From positions 22,198,001 through 22,262,000 of the forward strand of contig NC_087437.1 of the NCBI RefSeq assembly GCF_036321535.1: a stretch of DNA of 64,000 nt, written 5' to 3'. The position numbers were made by a program, and so were the translations under genes. This document shows, one piece after another, positions 37,676-50,904 of the stretch. Within the stretch, counting starts at the first letter, position 1, and each line of letters opens with the position of its first letter. The notes beneath the pieces are model-generated. The model did no database searches. It was not told where the DNA came from and was given only the letters and a program-made list of their open reading frames with translations. Origin of the DNA: Camelus dromedarius. Its lineage: Eukaryota.

Positions 37676-39121
37676 TGGATTTTCTTCCCTCTCTTTAAGG
37701 AAGCAAGGAGGCCTTCCAGGCATCTTGGACATCTGTTTTCCTTTCGTTGAGCTCACCTGGCCCTGCCTACGGGTTGGGGGGAGCATGGCTTAGTGACCTC
37801 CCCTTACGTTACATTGCTACCTGCTGCCTTTCCTAACTTCTGTTGTATCCCTTTGCCTAGGAGAGCACCTAGTACATGGTAGGTGCTCAATGAAAGTGTT
37901 CAGTGAATGGATTCGTCTCTTTTATCCTTAGACTGCTTTGAGTGAAACTCTCAAAATTCTATCATTTCACCTGAACGATTATTGTCACTTAGAGATCCAT
38001 CGCTCGTTTTCAGTTTAGAATTTTCACAAAGTAACTGTAACGTTCTGAGGTCAGCACCAGGTTTCAGACCACATTCAGACATCATATGTATTAATACACA
38101 CATATGTATTAATTAACACATTAATTAACGTATCAATGTGTTAATATTAACATGATATCAGACATCTTATGTATTGATATTAATACATGCCTGCATTAAA
38201 AATACATCTTTTGCTGTAAAATAAGCAAAAGATTTCTTTAGAAATTATTGGCTACTGGAACCTTCCTTCGTTGACAATTTGCTAGGATTTCCTGGCAATC
38301 ATCCTGCCTGCTCTGGAGGTTTTGCAAAGTGAGCAGATCTAACTTACAAATAGTTTTCAATGTAATGGAATTTTTATGAGTACTAAACTGAATTAAAATA
38401 ATGTTGTATTTTGGAAATTAACATGTATTAATTTCCATTTTGCTGCTTTCTTTTCACATTTGGGAGTCAAGATTTTATATTCTGGCCTCAAACATTTTTA
38501 CAGGTCCCCGAAAAACTCAGGTACTGGGCCGAGAGCGCCTGATGGAGAAAATAGTCTCTCAGGATTGTAGACTCGGTGCGTTTGTAACTTACTCCCCTCT
38601 GCATTGGGCCACTAGCTACCTTGATAAAGGGAAAGGACTGTCTTTTAGCTCTAGCCTCTTCTGCATTCAGCCCTGATTGTCCTTTTAGTGTCTTACCCCC
38701 AACTGCCTCCTTTTGGTTTTCACCCTCAGTACCGAAACCTATTACATCACCTGCCCTCAAGGCCACAGGTCCTGGCTGATCAGGCACGAACATCTGCACT
38801 ATTAAATTCTTGCAGTGGTGGGCTGCATCATTCAGTTTTGTATTCCCTTAGAAAGGACAGTTAGTAAATGTAAGTCGAAGGTTAGAAATAGTAGATGAAT
38901 CCTTTGCATCAACTAAAAGGCATCTTCCCCTCCCAGGTAACGTGGCTGCCTCCAATGGCCTTCTGGTGAAAGTGCGCCTACCTGGACATCCTCTTGGGGT
39001 CTCTCCTCCTCATCCTGGCAAAAGACTCCAGTCTTGTCCCTCTTCAGAGAGTGGACAATGGAATGACGGGGGAAGGAATGGAGAGCCAATATATGAGACC
39101 GGTTTATCCAACTGCCTTATG

Positions 39122-39286
39122 AGACTGCTACTCAGACTGTGGTCTGAGGATAAGTAGGCTCTGTACCGCCTGAGGGGCTTGTTATGCTGAATCTCAGGCT
39201 CCATCCCAGACCTGCTGAGCCAGAAGCGGCATTTTAACAAAGTTTCTGGGAGAATGTGTGTGAACATGAAGGTCTGAGAAGCCCCG
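39122..39286. mobile_element. MER5A-like hAT-Charlie MITE
   Basis: ctgctactcagactgtggtc...gaatctcaggctccatcccagacctgctgagccagaa...gcattttaacaa...tctgagaagc. Confidence 0.85.
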
Positions 39287-39935
39287 TACCAGAAATCACA
39301 ACCCGGATGTCCCTTAAGTACTCAATGTCCACTGGCCCAGATCTAAAATGGTCATCTGCCCCCATAACCCTGCCCCGTCCTGAGGTTCCTCTCTTCCTCT
39401 AGGTTCCTGCGGTGCTTGAAATTATATTTCATCATAAGACTTGTTTTTTGTCTATTACGTTGTACTTTTACTGCTTTCTCCCTGTTAGATTATAAGTGTC
39501 TTGAAGACAGGCATTATGTCCATTCATAGAAAATCACCAGCAGCTTTTGCTGAGCCTGAGACAAGTTTGGCTTCTCTGACCTCAGTTTCCTTATCTGGAA
39601 AGTGCAGGGGCTGGCCTCCATCTCAAAGACTCTGCCCAACGTCACGTCCTGTGCTTCCATGATGTGCCCGATGGAATCAGAATCGCAAGGTTGGGAAGCA
39701 CCTCGGAAGACACCTGACTCAACAGCTCCCTCCTGCCACGCCCCATGCCGCTAGCGCGTACGCCCTCCAGCACATCCACGCCTAACGACCGTCCGGCTTA
39801 AGCGTGGACATCTCCAGTGACAGAGAAGTTAGTGCCTCTGCAGTCAGTACACTCCATTTTCAGATGACTACATTTTTAGAAACTTATTTTTATATTTTTG
39901 AGGCTTTGCAGCTAACCTGAAAGAGAATGAATGAC

Positions 39936-40457
39936 TGTGTGAGTTGAACAGACTCTAAGATGACCCCAGGACCCCGGTCTCCTGGTGTTCATGCCTTTGT
40001 GTACTTCTCTTTCCTTGAGTGTAGGTGAATCGGTGACTTCTAACAATTGAATATGGTAAAAGGAACGGATTGTCCCTCCTCTGATTACGTTACACTGTGT
40101 AGCAGGGTGATGTCCCTCCCTTCCTTATGTGATGCCCGTGATACTCAAGACTCCATGTTCCCGGCAGACCGCCTGCTATCTTCCATGCTGGCTCTGAAGA
40201 AGTGAGCTGTGAGGAATTCTACAGTCATGAGGAAATACATTCTGCCACCAACCTGAGAAAGCTTAGAAGTGGACCCTCCTCCAGACAAGCTTCCACATGA
40301 GAAGCCATCTCTGACTGGCACCTTGATTTCAGCTCTGCTGTGGACCCAGCTAAGCCGTTCCTGACCTCCTGACCCTCAGAAGGTGTGTAATCCTATACTT
40401 GTGTTTCTTTAAGCTGCTATTTGCACAATTTATTACACAATCAAGAAAATGAATAAC
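39936..40457 (+). mobile_element. MLT1E-like solo LTR (ERVL-MaLR)
   Basis: cagactctaagatgacccc...ctcctggtgttcatgcc...ttctgcccacaacctgag...ggacccagctaagcc...aagaaaatgaataaca. Confidence 0.9.
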
Positions 40458-40699
40458 ATACTATGCAATCTTGGGCTTTGTTCTTAACTTCAGTGATTTT
40501 CTGTAAAGCATAATAATATCTGCCACAAAGGGTTCTTGTATGGACTGGAGATTATTTGCTCGCTCATAGTGGGCGCTCCGTCCATGGAAGCTTTCCTCTT
40601 TGCTGTTATTGTCTTCTCCTTGTACCTCCCGAGGCTTTTCATAGCCACCTTCATCAGAGAGTTTTCTCTGGGAGCTGTCTCCGCTCCCTTGCCTCTCAT

Positions 40700-42198
40700 T
40701 CCCTGCTCAATCTTCTCCCATCTAGTCATTGTCTGCATCATTCCGTTGTCAGGATAACCTCTAGTTTATAAGTCCAATGCCTCCTTTATTCTGTCATCTC
40801 AGATGCGTTTGTTATAGCTGACCACTCATTTTTTTCTTGAGATACCCCATTGACTTCCATGATACAACGCTCTTCTGGCTTTTCTCTGACCCTTTTTTCC
40901 TACTGTCCTTGGCTGATAACCCCGTTCTAATCAGACTCTTATTTCCATACAGTGCAGTGTTACGCCCTCCTTTTCTTTACATATTCTTGCCTTCTATTAC
41001 TTCATCCACTTCCCTGCCCCCCACGGGTTTTAACAGCATCCGCAGGCCCCCAGACACGTAGGTCCTCTGTACAATCCTCTGAGCTCTAGCCTCATATATC
41101 TAACTGCCATCTTGACTCCTCTATTTGGTTACCTCATAGACATCTCAAATTAACATGCCCAAACTGCATGCTCTATTTCCCAACCCCCGGACCTAATCGC
41201 CTGGCCTTCTTCCTCGTCGTGATAAATGGCATCACCAGCCACCAATTTGTTTCAACTAGAAATTAGAGAGTCACCCTTGACTTCTTGCTTTCACTCATCC
41301 TTCCTGCCCACTCCCACTCCCTGCAAGTCCTATTTATTTCAACTAAAAGAGTATGTCTTTTTTTCTAGAGGGAGTTAATTAGGTTTATTTGTTATTTATT
41401 TAATAACAATGAAGGCACTGGGGATTGAACCCAGGACCCTGTGCATGCTAAGCACATGCTCTACCATTGAGCTATACCCTCCCCCCACTAAAACAAAATG
41501 TCTTGAATGTGTCCCTTCAGCTCCCTCTGTCGTGCCAGCACCCTGTCCAAGCCTCCCCGAACCACCCATTCAACAGTGACAACTCCCTCTGACTGCTCTC
41601 TGCTCTTTCCCTCAGGCCTCTCTTCAAACTGTTCTTCAGGCCATAGTCAGCGATCTTTCAAAAACTGAACTTGAATTATGTCCCTCTACTTTTAAAAAAC
41701 TTTAAATGGCTTTCTTTGTATTTAACATAAAATTCAGACTTTCAGATAGCCTAAAGCCCTTTACGGCGTGGACCCCATTTTCCTGTTCGTTCCTTCCCCG
41801 TCCTCTCATTCACTTGGATACATGAGTCCCAAATCTCTTCGGCCCTTCCTGCCTCAGGGCCTTTGTACATGCTGTTATGGCACCTTAAATATTCTTCCCC
41901 CCTGCCCTCTGAATAGTGTCTTCTTTTTGTGTTTTGGCTTCAGTTTAAACCTAACTGCCTCAGAAGCATCGTGTGTCTCTCTATTTACTTTAGAATTCTG
42001 CCCGTCTTCTCTCTTTCAGGGCCTTACTTCATTTCCTTCCTTGCACATTTTATGCTTTGTAATAATTAACTTGGTTGCTTATCATCCATCTGCCCCACTA
42101 GGCCATATGTTTCATGAGGGCAAGTTCTGGCTGTGAGGTGGCAGCTTGGGACATCTTTGTTGAATGAATGAATGAATGAATGAATGAATGAATGAATG
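40700..42198 (+). mobile_element. L2 LINE 3' portion ending in (GAAT)n
   Basis: tgacttccatgatacaacgctcttctggctttt, gacatctcaaattaacatgcccaaa, cctgcctcagggcctttgtacatgctgtt, terminal ttgttgaatgaatgaatg (42157-42198). Confidence 0.85.
41360..41486 (-). mobile_element. tRNA-Ala-derived SINE (vic-1 type) inserted in L2
   Basis: gcactggggattgaacccaggaccctgtgcatgctaagcacatgctctaccattgagctataccctcccc. Degenerate TSD actaaaagagtatgtctt / actaaaacaaaatgtctt (41342 and 41487). Confidence 0.95.
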
Positions 42199-42687
42199 AC
42201 AATAGTGTGTTCTAGTCTTACCCTCCGGGGCCACCCAGGAACAACAGCATCCTGCTCACACGTGCTGCACCTTCAGTTCCATGAAGACCCTGTCCTACCC
42301 CAAACAGGGCTTCTTTTCCCCCAAGGTACAATATTATCCAACTTCCGCTTTCTTACGTGATTTTGATATCACTGTATAATCCTGGTTATTCATTAACAGA
42401 TCCACTCAATAAAATAACAAATATCAGTCACTCTTCTATGAACAGGCCTCAGCCTTATTGTGCCAGGTTCTTCCTAACACATGCTCCGCTTCCCCTCATA
42501 ACTGGGTGTTTCCTAGCTTGCGACAACCTCCTGTAGATGTTGACTGACTAGCTCGGCTCGGCGTTGACCAGCACTCTCACATCCCTCATTTTAGAGTCCG
42601 TACTTCTATTGACTCCTCCCAGGTGGGAGTTTCAAGAAGTCTAGAAGGCACGGTGGCACCTGGGAAGTAGAGGGGAGGGCAGAGGGT

Positions 42688-43230
42688 GTCAGTCACATGA
42701 CTTTGGGTGCAAGGAACAGAAAAGCCAGCTGCTAACAGTGGGCTGAATAATGAAGATGCTTAATAGCTCATGTAACCAGAAACCAGTCTCTAGGCTTGGT
42801 TAAGAAAGTGGTTCAGTGCCGTCGTCGAGGACTTAGGTCTTCTCCGTCTGCTTCCTCTGCCACCTTCAGTGCGTGTCCTGTCCTTCAGTTTGCTTCCCTC
42901 CTGCTTGCAAGCTGGCGAGGGCCACTCCAGGCATCACCAAGCCCAGAGATGAAATAGACACCTTTCTTTTCTTCTCATGCATCTTTTTTTTTTTTTTTTT
43001 TAAGATCCTAGAATTCTTCCCTATCCTTCCATTCCCATCTTTTCACATCTCATTGGTCAGAACTGGGTCACATGCGACCCCCAAAACAACCAATGGGAAT
43101 AAGAAGGACTCATCATTGTTGGGACTGATTTATGAAGATTCTCTGGAGGGAAGAAGGATCAAGTCTTCTGAAGCACAGGGCCCTTTAAGCATTGAATGAA
43201 CTCTGGGTCCTTTTAGCAAGAAAGACAGGG
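42688..43230 (-). mobile_element. MLT1J/K-like LTR
   Basis: gactttgggtgcaaggaacagaaaagcc...cacatctcattggtcagaactgggtcacatgcgaccccc. Confidence 0.75.
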
Positions 43231-45144
43231 TAGAGGCTGACAGCGAGCACCTGCTGCAGGGCGGGTGGTGTCTGTGAGTACTCAGACCTACCTCTTTCTC
43301 TAATCGAAGTCTGCAGGGGCTACTCTCTCCTGAAGTGTGAAGTTTCCCTTTTCAAATTCTCAAGCACATTAAAGAGCAGTTATGTGTTTTCTTGGAGGTG
43401 AAATTTATTCTTGAAATCCTATATTTCATCAAACCTAAGAAACCATAGAACCATAGAACAAGGATCACCATTATCTTGTGAACTTCTAAGATGAAAAAGT
43501 TATTCTGAACTCATATAATGTCTGAACTGTAGTTCTGCATGGCCCAGGAGTCGGTCACACTAGCCTTCTTGCTGCTTTGAAATGACTTTCACCTCTTCTG
43601 AAGGAGTCATCAATTACTCCTGCTTTGAGTCCCATTACTGAATGTGGGGCAAATGTAACTGCTTCATTTCTTGTAGATTTCATCTTTTTTTAGGTCTTGA
43701 AAGTGGCTGATAGTTGCTTTGTGAGAAAGTACTGAACGGCAGTTGTTCCTGTAGCAACAAATATTTGCTTCACAAATGTCAAATTTACAGCCCCTACCTT
43801 TATTCCTTTTTGGATACACAATAGCTCACTGAACACCAAAATATAGGATACTTTTTGGAGGGCCTTTTAAAAGCCATTGAACCTCAACACCCGTGGTTGC
43901 AACGATGTATTGAACTCAGTGAAGTGATGACAACATGAACAGCTGGGACCAATTTCGCCACAGAGGCAATGATGACGAGCTCATGATTGCCTTGAATGTT
44001 GGGGGGAAGCAGGTCTCAGAATCTATGAAACGTGGTCCATCTAAACAGCACGGTTGTCTGTGGCTTAATCAAAACTATTGATGGTTCCACATCCCTCATT
44101 AATGGCCAAGATGGTCACTGTGCAGGATAAAAATGCAGGGAAAGGCTGGGCAGTGGGGGCCCGAGTGGTTCTAATTAGAGAGACGTGGAGCAGGGCTCTT
44201 TGCTGAGCTGGCTGTTCGACATGAGTGGTCATCACTGCACTTGTGATTTTCGCATTGCTAATTGGAGAAATGCTTGTGTCGCCTGTCACTTCCTGCATTT
44301 GTTTTCTGCTTCACTGCACCCTTCACCAACGCAGTAAGATATGGCTAGAAAGGAAGAGGTGTGGGTGTGTATGAGAGAGGAGAGAGGCTTGCCAGCCTTG
44401 AGTTTAGTGAAGAAAAACGCTCACCTTTAAAAAAAAATCGGTTCCTGAATTGATGGCATCCAGTCAGCCATGTGAAACCAAAGAGGCAAACATGGCCCTC
44501 GGTGGAGTTCTTGGGGGAGGGGCTCGTCGGCACAATCTCCCCCAGGACTTCTCTCTGAGACGAGGTTAGGCTGGGTCTGAATGCTGAAAATCATAGAAAA
44601 AGCCCCAAGACCAGACTGCCCTGTGGAGACACATTTTTTTCCAGGGGGAAAAGAAAAGGAAGGAAAAAAAATGTGTGACATCTTGTCTGATGTTAAGCAA
44701 GTGAAAGGCACTTTCTGGATGATTTGCTGAAGAAGATGCACTGTTTCAGCCAAGTTCTCCTCTGCCTCGTAGTTTGTGGTGTAGCCTCTCAGTCCCTGGT
44801 CCACTCACCCTGCATCATTCTTTGTTATGTGGTGCGAACCATTCTAACACATCAGCAAGGGTTTGTCAGGTTCAGAAAGGAGGGACCAGACTGCGATCTG
44901 TTCCTTACTGTGCCCTTTGCGCAACAAGCACGTGCAGACTGTGGCTGAGGTAGTTTCTGACTCGATTTAAGTAAACCATGCCTTTCTTCTTGGTTCTCCT
45001 GTCCTCTAAGTCATTGTTTCTTCTTCTAACATTTGCATTTTAAAATCTCACCTTTTGTCCTGATAAAGAGCAGAGGTAAAGTTCTTCTTCTTCTTCTTCT
45101 TCTTTGCAAATAGCATGTGGTATCTGACCATCCCACGTCAGTTA

Positions 45145-45345
45145 AGGTTTGTGCTCTGCACTCTGACAGCGCTAGGTTCAAACCCAGCTCTTTCCCTCAC
45201 TAACGTGTTACCTGGGGCAAGTCCTGTAACCTCCACAAATCTAGGTTTGCTTATCTGGAAAATGAGGATAAAAATGGGAGGCATGTCCCTGATTGTTGGA
45301 GGGTGGCATGGGGTCACTCATGCACTGCCTGGCACCTGCTAAGTT
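45145..45345 (+). mobile_element. MIR SINE
   Basis: ctaggttcaaacccagctct...acctggggcaagtcctgtaacctc...ttatctggaaaatgaggataa...tgcctggcac. Confidence 0.8.
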
Positions 45346-45699
45346 TCAGTAAGAGGGAGCCAGCACTGGTCTATTATGTTTGTACATTTGGGGGCTTTGA
45401 GTCATTAGTCATTACAGAGTCCATCACTGTCAACCTTTGCTTTCCCAGAGGGAGGATTCTGGTCTTGACCACCTTCTCATCTCATGAACACGCTTTCTGT
45501 GGGCAACTGCATCTCTCTCCATCCTGTATCCTTAGTTTTGTACTTCTACTGTGGTCAAGCCTCTCTTCCCAGTCCCAGATTCACAGATTCACCTCCTGTT
45601 AGGACCCAGCTTGCCACCAGCACTAAAATTGAACTCCCTGCCCTCTCCCAGATGTGCTTTCCTCCAAGGTTTGTCTCTCACCTCCACCCCCGGTCACCC

Positions 45700-46365
45700 A
45701 ATGCGGAAGCTGGGCTCACCCCAGCCCCCTACTTTCTCTCTGACTCTCTCCTCCTTACTCCTGTCCTGTGCCCCTTGATTTCTGCCATTTTACGCAACAA
45801 GCATCCCTGACCGGCTTCCTCATTTCCATTTTCCCCATGTTCCCAATCCATCCTTCACTGTGTTGCTCTTATCCATTCATAACACTGTTGAAACCTTTGG
45901 TGGCTCCACATGACCTTCAGTGTGAAATCCGAACTCCTTACTGGAGCCCTCAGAGCCTTTCCCGATTTGGTCCACCCTTCCTGCTCATCCCAGCTCTTTC
46001 CCTTTGTCTTCAAATTCCACACACTCAGCCATATTGGAGTGCCTGAAACACTCTTTCTGATTGATGGGCATCTCTTGGACTTTGCATAAACTCTGCCCTC
46101 TGCCTGAACTGTAATACCCATCATTTTCTCACTGGGTTACTCATTTCATCAAGGTTGATGCTCCCAGAGAGCCTTCCCTGACTGCACCCCTTAAATCTGG
46201 ATTCAGTTCCCCTCCCACTGCTCGTGGCGTGCTAGGCATTCCTTAGTCACAACCCTTACCACGCTTCTTGAATGAAGGGATTTTTTTTTTAAGCTCTGCA
46301 TTATCCACCATACCTATCATTAAGTCTGGCACACAATAGAAATACAATGTGTTTCCTGAAAGAGT
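45700..46365 (+). mobile_element. L2 3' portion
   Basis: tgttgaaacctttggtggctcc, ggactttgcataaactctgccctctgcctgaactg, gccttccctgac, gtctggcacacaatag. Confidence 0.75.
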
Positions 46366-47289
46366 GACTAGCAGAAGGAAGGAAGAAATGAATCATTCTG
46401 ATGGAAATAAATCAAGAAAGTAGGTGGTCCTCCAAGATACGATGTCTGCATCTCAGTAACTGCCACAGGGGACTGCATCATGAGACGAATTGCCTGTGTT
46501 CCCTCGGCTACCTGTACGTGGAGAGACCCTCAGTTGCTTACTGTGCTCTCCCGAATCAAATGACATTGCCCACTGGGGTCAGGTGCCTGGGCCTGGGAGG
46601 AAGGAACCAGCCTGCTTCCCAAGTTCTGTCCCCTTGACGATGGCGACCAAATTTAAGAGCTCACCTGGTCAGCTACTTGACCTGAGAGAACTGAAGACTT
46701 AGGAGGACTGAATCCAAGATACTGTATGTCAGCTCTGACTCTGGTCTTTCCTGCTAGAAATTATTGTTCGTTTTTGTATTGGTTTTTATTGTCAGGAAGC
46801 CTTGTCATGGTTAATAACTTTCCACTATCATTTCCTGTTTCTCTGTAACAAGAAAGACATGTTGACAATGCATGAATTCATCTGTACATATGGGGTGGGG
46901 GGGCTCTTTGAAAGCGTGTGGGTTTTTATGTTTTTTAACAGATTGTTGAGACTTGTGATTCTCTGATTTACCCTCATCATATTTCAACTCTGAGTGGCTT
47001 TGATCATCTTCATTTTCAAAGCATTTATCTGCAGCACATGGAGGGAGTTTTAATATATCCTTTACCTAGTTTCGTGCATTTTGTTAGTTTTGTCTTTTGT
47101 TGCTGCAGAGAGAGAAGGAAAGCGATGGGAAGGGGGGGTGGTCCCTCCATTTATCGGGGGGACCTCTCTTTCCTATCAACAGCTTCCATGGCCTGTTTTT
47201 ATCATTCATTTATTATAGGTCAAAAGTTATTTTTAGATGAGAGCTAATGCCTTTTGTTTCTTCAAAGGATCTTTAAAGTGCCAAGAAGG

Positions 47290-47410
47290 CCCAACCTAGT
47301 CCTCAAGTGGGTAAACTTGACAAGAGAGGTTAATAGATTTATCTGAGGTCATATAGCAAATAAGTGTCAGAGTCTTTGAAGAACAAACACTTAAACACTC
47401 AGACCCAGAG
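47290..47410 (-). mobile_element. MIR SINE fragment
   Basis: agagaggttaatagatttatctgaggtcatatagcaaataagtgtcagag. Confidence 0.65.
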
Positions 47411-47741
47411 GTGCCGTCACTGTGAGATTTTGCTAACTGTACCCTGATGGTCTGACCCTTTAGAGTTTAGGGGACAGACTTCCTTTATCAGTCAGTGTCC
47501 TCCTTTGTGACTAGACAGAGTATTTTTTTTCTCATAAGCACAGACGTTTGGGTCTCCTTTAAATCTGACCTCAGGATCCCTTAATTCATAAGCTCATCAC
47601 TCTCAGGAACTCAACACAATGAGTGGGGCACACATTTCCTGGGACGTTTGGCAGATGTCTTTCTCTAGGTGACACCAGCCTGAGGATGAATCAGAAATGA
47701 TGACCTGGCCCCATGCCGTGGGAACCCCAGCTTCTTGTAAT

Positions 47742-47897
47742 CAGTAGTTCTTAACTTGGCTGCACGTTTAAAAGAAAATTCCAGAATTTAGGCCCCAACC
47801 TTAGAGAGTTGTATTTAATTGGTTTGGGGTGAGGCTCTGACATGGTTATTTTAAAAATTTCCTTGAATGACTTTAACGTATGTCCAGGGTGAAGATC
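47742..47897. mobile_element. MER5-like hAT-Charlie MITE
   Basis: cagtagttcttaacttggctgcac...atttaattggtttggggtgaggc...ttttaaaaatttcc...ccagggtgaaga. Confidence 0.75.
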
Positions 47898-47960
47898 AGA
47901 TGCTCTTGGCTAGCTCGTCGATTCGGTGGGTGGCACTTCACCCTTAAAAGCAGGCTTTGG

Positions 47961-48191
47961 GAAGGGATAAATTTGGGAGTTTGAGATTTGCCAATGTTAG
48001 ACAAGATATATAAAAATAGATTTAAAAAATTATTCTGTATAGCACAGGGGACTACATTCAATATCTTGTAATAACCTTTAACAAAAAAGAATATAAAAAT
48101 GAATATATGTATGTATATGCGTGACTGGGACATTGTGCTGTACACCAGAAATTAACACATTGTAACTGACTGTTTTTCAATTAAAAAAAAA
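47961..48191 (+). mobile_element. Young 5'-truncated L1 3' end
   Basis: gaagggataaatttgggagtttgagatttg...gctgtacaccagaaattaacacattgtaactgac plus poly(A). TSD aaaagcaggctttgg / aaaagcagactttgg (47946 and 48192) at a TT/AAAA site. Confidence 0.95.
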
Positions 48192-49169
48192 AAAAGCAGA
48201 CTTTGGAGAGCTGAGGACAAACGGGCCAGTACCTTGTTCTGTTTTTAATTTAAGCCACATGTATGGTACTCAGCAGAGGCTGAAGAAAGAATTGCATCCT
48301 TGGGAGTCACAGACTGATGATACAGCTCCCCTGTAATGAGGCCGAGACAGACGAGGTAAACTGAATCACTCAAGAGTCTTCTGAAGCACCTAGATGGGTG
48401 GAATTTGAATGGAACAAGCTGGCATGCCTTTGGAGTGAGTAAAATTATGCCTCTTGAACCCATCAGAAGTCCTTGAAATAAAGCAGTGGATAAAAGGGAC
48501 TTGTGGCTATAATTTATTTAGTCTTTCTAGAAGCCTTTGATAAAGTTCTGCATAAGACAGGAATTGGTAAGTGGGGAGACTGCATAGCTGCCAGGGATTA
48601 AGGACTGATCAGGAGCTAGGACACCTCAGGTCAGGAACAAATAGCTGATCAGTGTAGCCCCCTTTCGTGGGGACCCGATCAATGATCCGATCAACAAACT
48701 TTGTGATTTTTAAGATTTTTTTTTTAAACCAATTTAAAGCATCCTTTGACAAGGCTTCTCAAGCAAAGGGGTTAATTCCCAGCTCTCTGCCCTCCACCCC
48801 ATGCAGGATAGCCCGTCCAGGACAGAGCCGCAAGTTTCAGTGGCTTTTTGTCTGGCTTTAACCCCAGATCTTGGTTCACCCTCTGAAGATGTAAGATCTT
48901 CTAGAGTCTTGTAAAGAAGATGAATCATGGGTTTTCTAGAGACTATTTTGAAAGGCTGGTGGGATGTGGTCCCCTGCTAATCAAAGGGTGGGTAAGAACT
49001 GTAAGCAGAGGAGCTGCTTCTCCTGGCATCTCTAGGAGAGACCACGGGTTGCTCAGACAGCCCAGGCCCTCTGAAGAACTGGCTTTTCTAGCATCTACTT
49101 CTGTTTCTTTTCACCTTAGCACTTTTTTCTTTCTTTGGCAAATGACTCATCACCCACTCAGTCCAGGTG

Positions 49170-49630
49170 GGAGCTGTTAATAAACAGCCTCCCCTACTCT
49201 GCCTATCTTAGCTCCAAGGTGGGCCTGTCCCGTCCACCTGGCCAACAGCATATTCCATCCCTTTGGCCCTGGGGACTTGTGTAGGGCTGGTTGCCTTGCC
49301 CAAGTTGGTCCAGTGAATTCTGACCGAGGGATTTTGCTGGAACTCTTGAGAAAGAGGCTCCCTCTGTCCATTGCGTTTGCTAATCTGGTGACCAGGGGCC
49401 ACTCCGAGGAGGGTCACGTCTTGAGACATAGAAGAAAGTAAAAACAGAAGAAAGCAAAGCCAAGAGGTGGCTCATGACACTCTTCTTGACAACATCTTTG
49501 GAGTATCTGGATCTGGTCATATTTACCAGATTATGCCTACTGGACTTTTCAGTTATATTAGCCAACAAATTCTCCATCCTACATGTCTTTCCTTAAGCTT
49601 CTTAAAACTGTGTTTGTTACTCACAGGATC
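49170..49630 (+). mobile_element. MLT1K-like LTR
   Basis: ggccaacagcatattccatccctttggcc...cccaagttggtccagtga...tctggatctggtc...ggacttttcagttatattagccaacaaattc. Confidence 0.7.
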
Positions 49631-49894
49631 CTTTCATGAGAGGTAAGTACCCTCCTACACACCTTAATGGCCCACCCCATTAAAACTAGTCTTTCCTGCC
49701 CCCTGAGGGACAGGCTCCCAGGGCAGTGCTGATGGCGGGCTCATCTGAGCAATGAGTCTGTACTGCTGAGCCGATGGGGAGGGCGTTGTCCCAGGGAAAA
49801 AGGTTTACATTTTGACAGCATTTTTCTGGAGCCAACAGTTCTTTTTTTCTATTAACCCAACAGAGTGATTGTGAGGAATGCAGGGCAGAAGGGG

Positions 49895-50230
49895 ACTAGG
49901 AGTGAATCGTCACTGAGCGTCTTCTACATGCTAGGTCCCGAGTGAGGTGTTTAACACGCAGTAGCTCATTTGTACAAATTGTGTGACTATTATTATCCTT
50001 GTTTCACCGATTGGAAAATAATATCAATGACGATAACAAATAGCTACTATTTATTGAGTGCTATATTCTGTTGTTAGCTATAATTCTACATTATTCATTG
50101 CAATCATAATAACCTGCAAGGTAGAGATTAGGAGCTATTTTGTATGGATGATGGAACCAGGAAGGTTAAGTTCACCATCACACAGCTAAAAACAGGGCAA
50201 ATCAGTATCCGGACAGACCCAGGCTGGAAG
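49895..50230 (-). mobile_element. Two adjacent MIR fragments
   Basis: cactgagcgtcttctacatgctagg...tattattatccttgtttcac, then atagctactatttattgagtgcta...aacctgcaaggtag...tcacacagctaa. Confidence 0.7.
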
Positions 50231-50904
50231 CCAGCTGGATAGGAAGCAGGTCTTTGTTACAGGCTTGTGATGGGGTTGTCTGGGGAGACGTTTTGCGCTG
50301 AGTGTCTCTCAGCGTGGCTCACATTGGAAAGAGAGGCAAATCATAGATGATGTGCGATGCTGACCTGAGCTCCCCAGCTCAAGCCCTGGCAGAGTGACCA
50401 CCAGCTCTAGCTGGGACCTCTGGTCAGGTTACTTGCTTAACAAGCTCTAGAGGAGTTTCCTACCCTGGACTTCGTAAAGACAACAAGAAGGAATAATTAA
50501 GAACACACGGAAGGACACAGCTTTCATCCAGCCTATATATTATAAACTAAAACCCACCCAGACCCTAAACATCCTGGATGCTTCTTAATCTGAGCTTCTG
50601 GGGTGATTACCAGTTGGTGAATGTGGAGGCGGCTGGGATTCGGGGGTGTCTGCTGGGTGTTGTTAGTGTCCTCTCCCAGGCTGTGCTGGTCCTGGGAGTT
50701 CTGCTGATCTGTGCTGATGTCCCGAGGTGATTTGTGTCCCACAGGGACCCATGCCAGCCCACTTCAGACATGCTCTTCTTTCTGAGTCAGAATCGATGTC
50801 CGAGGCACAAAGAATTCTCTGAATTTTAGAAGGCAGCCCCTTGGAGCTCAGTCTTTAAGGTTTATCAATTGCATTTCAGTTGTGCCATTTACTCCTGTTT
50901 CAAC

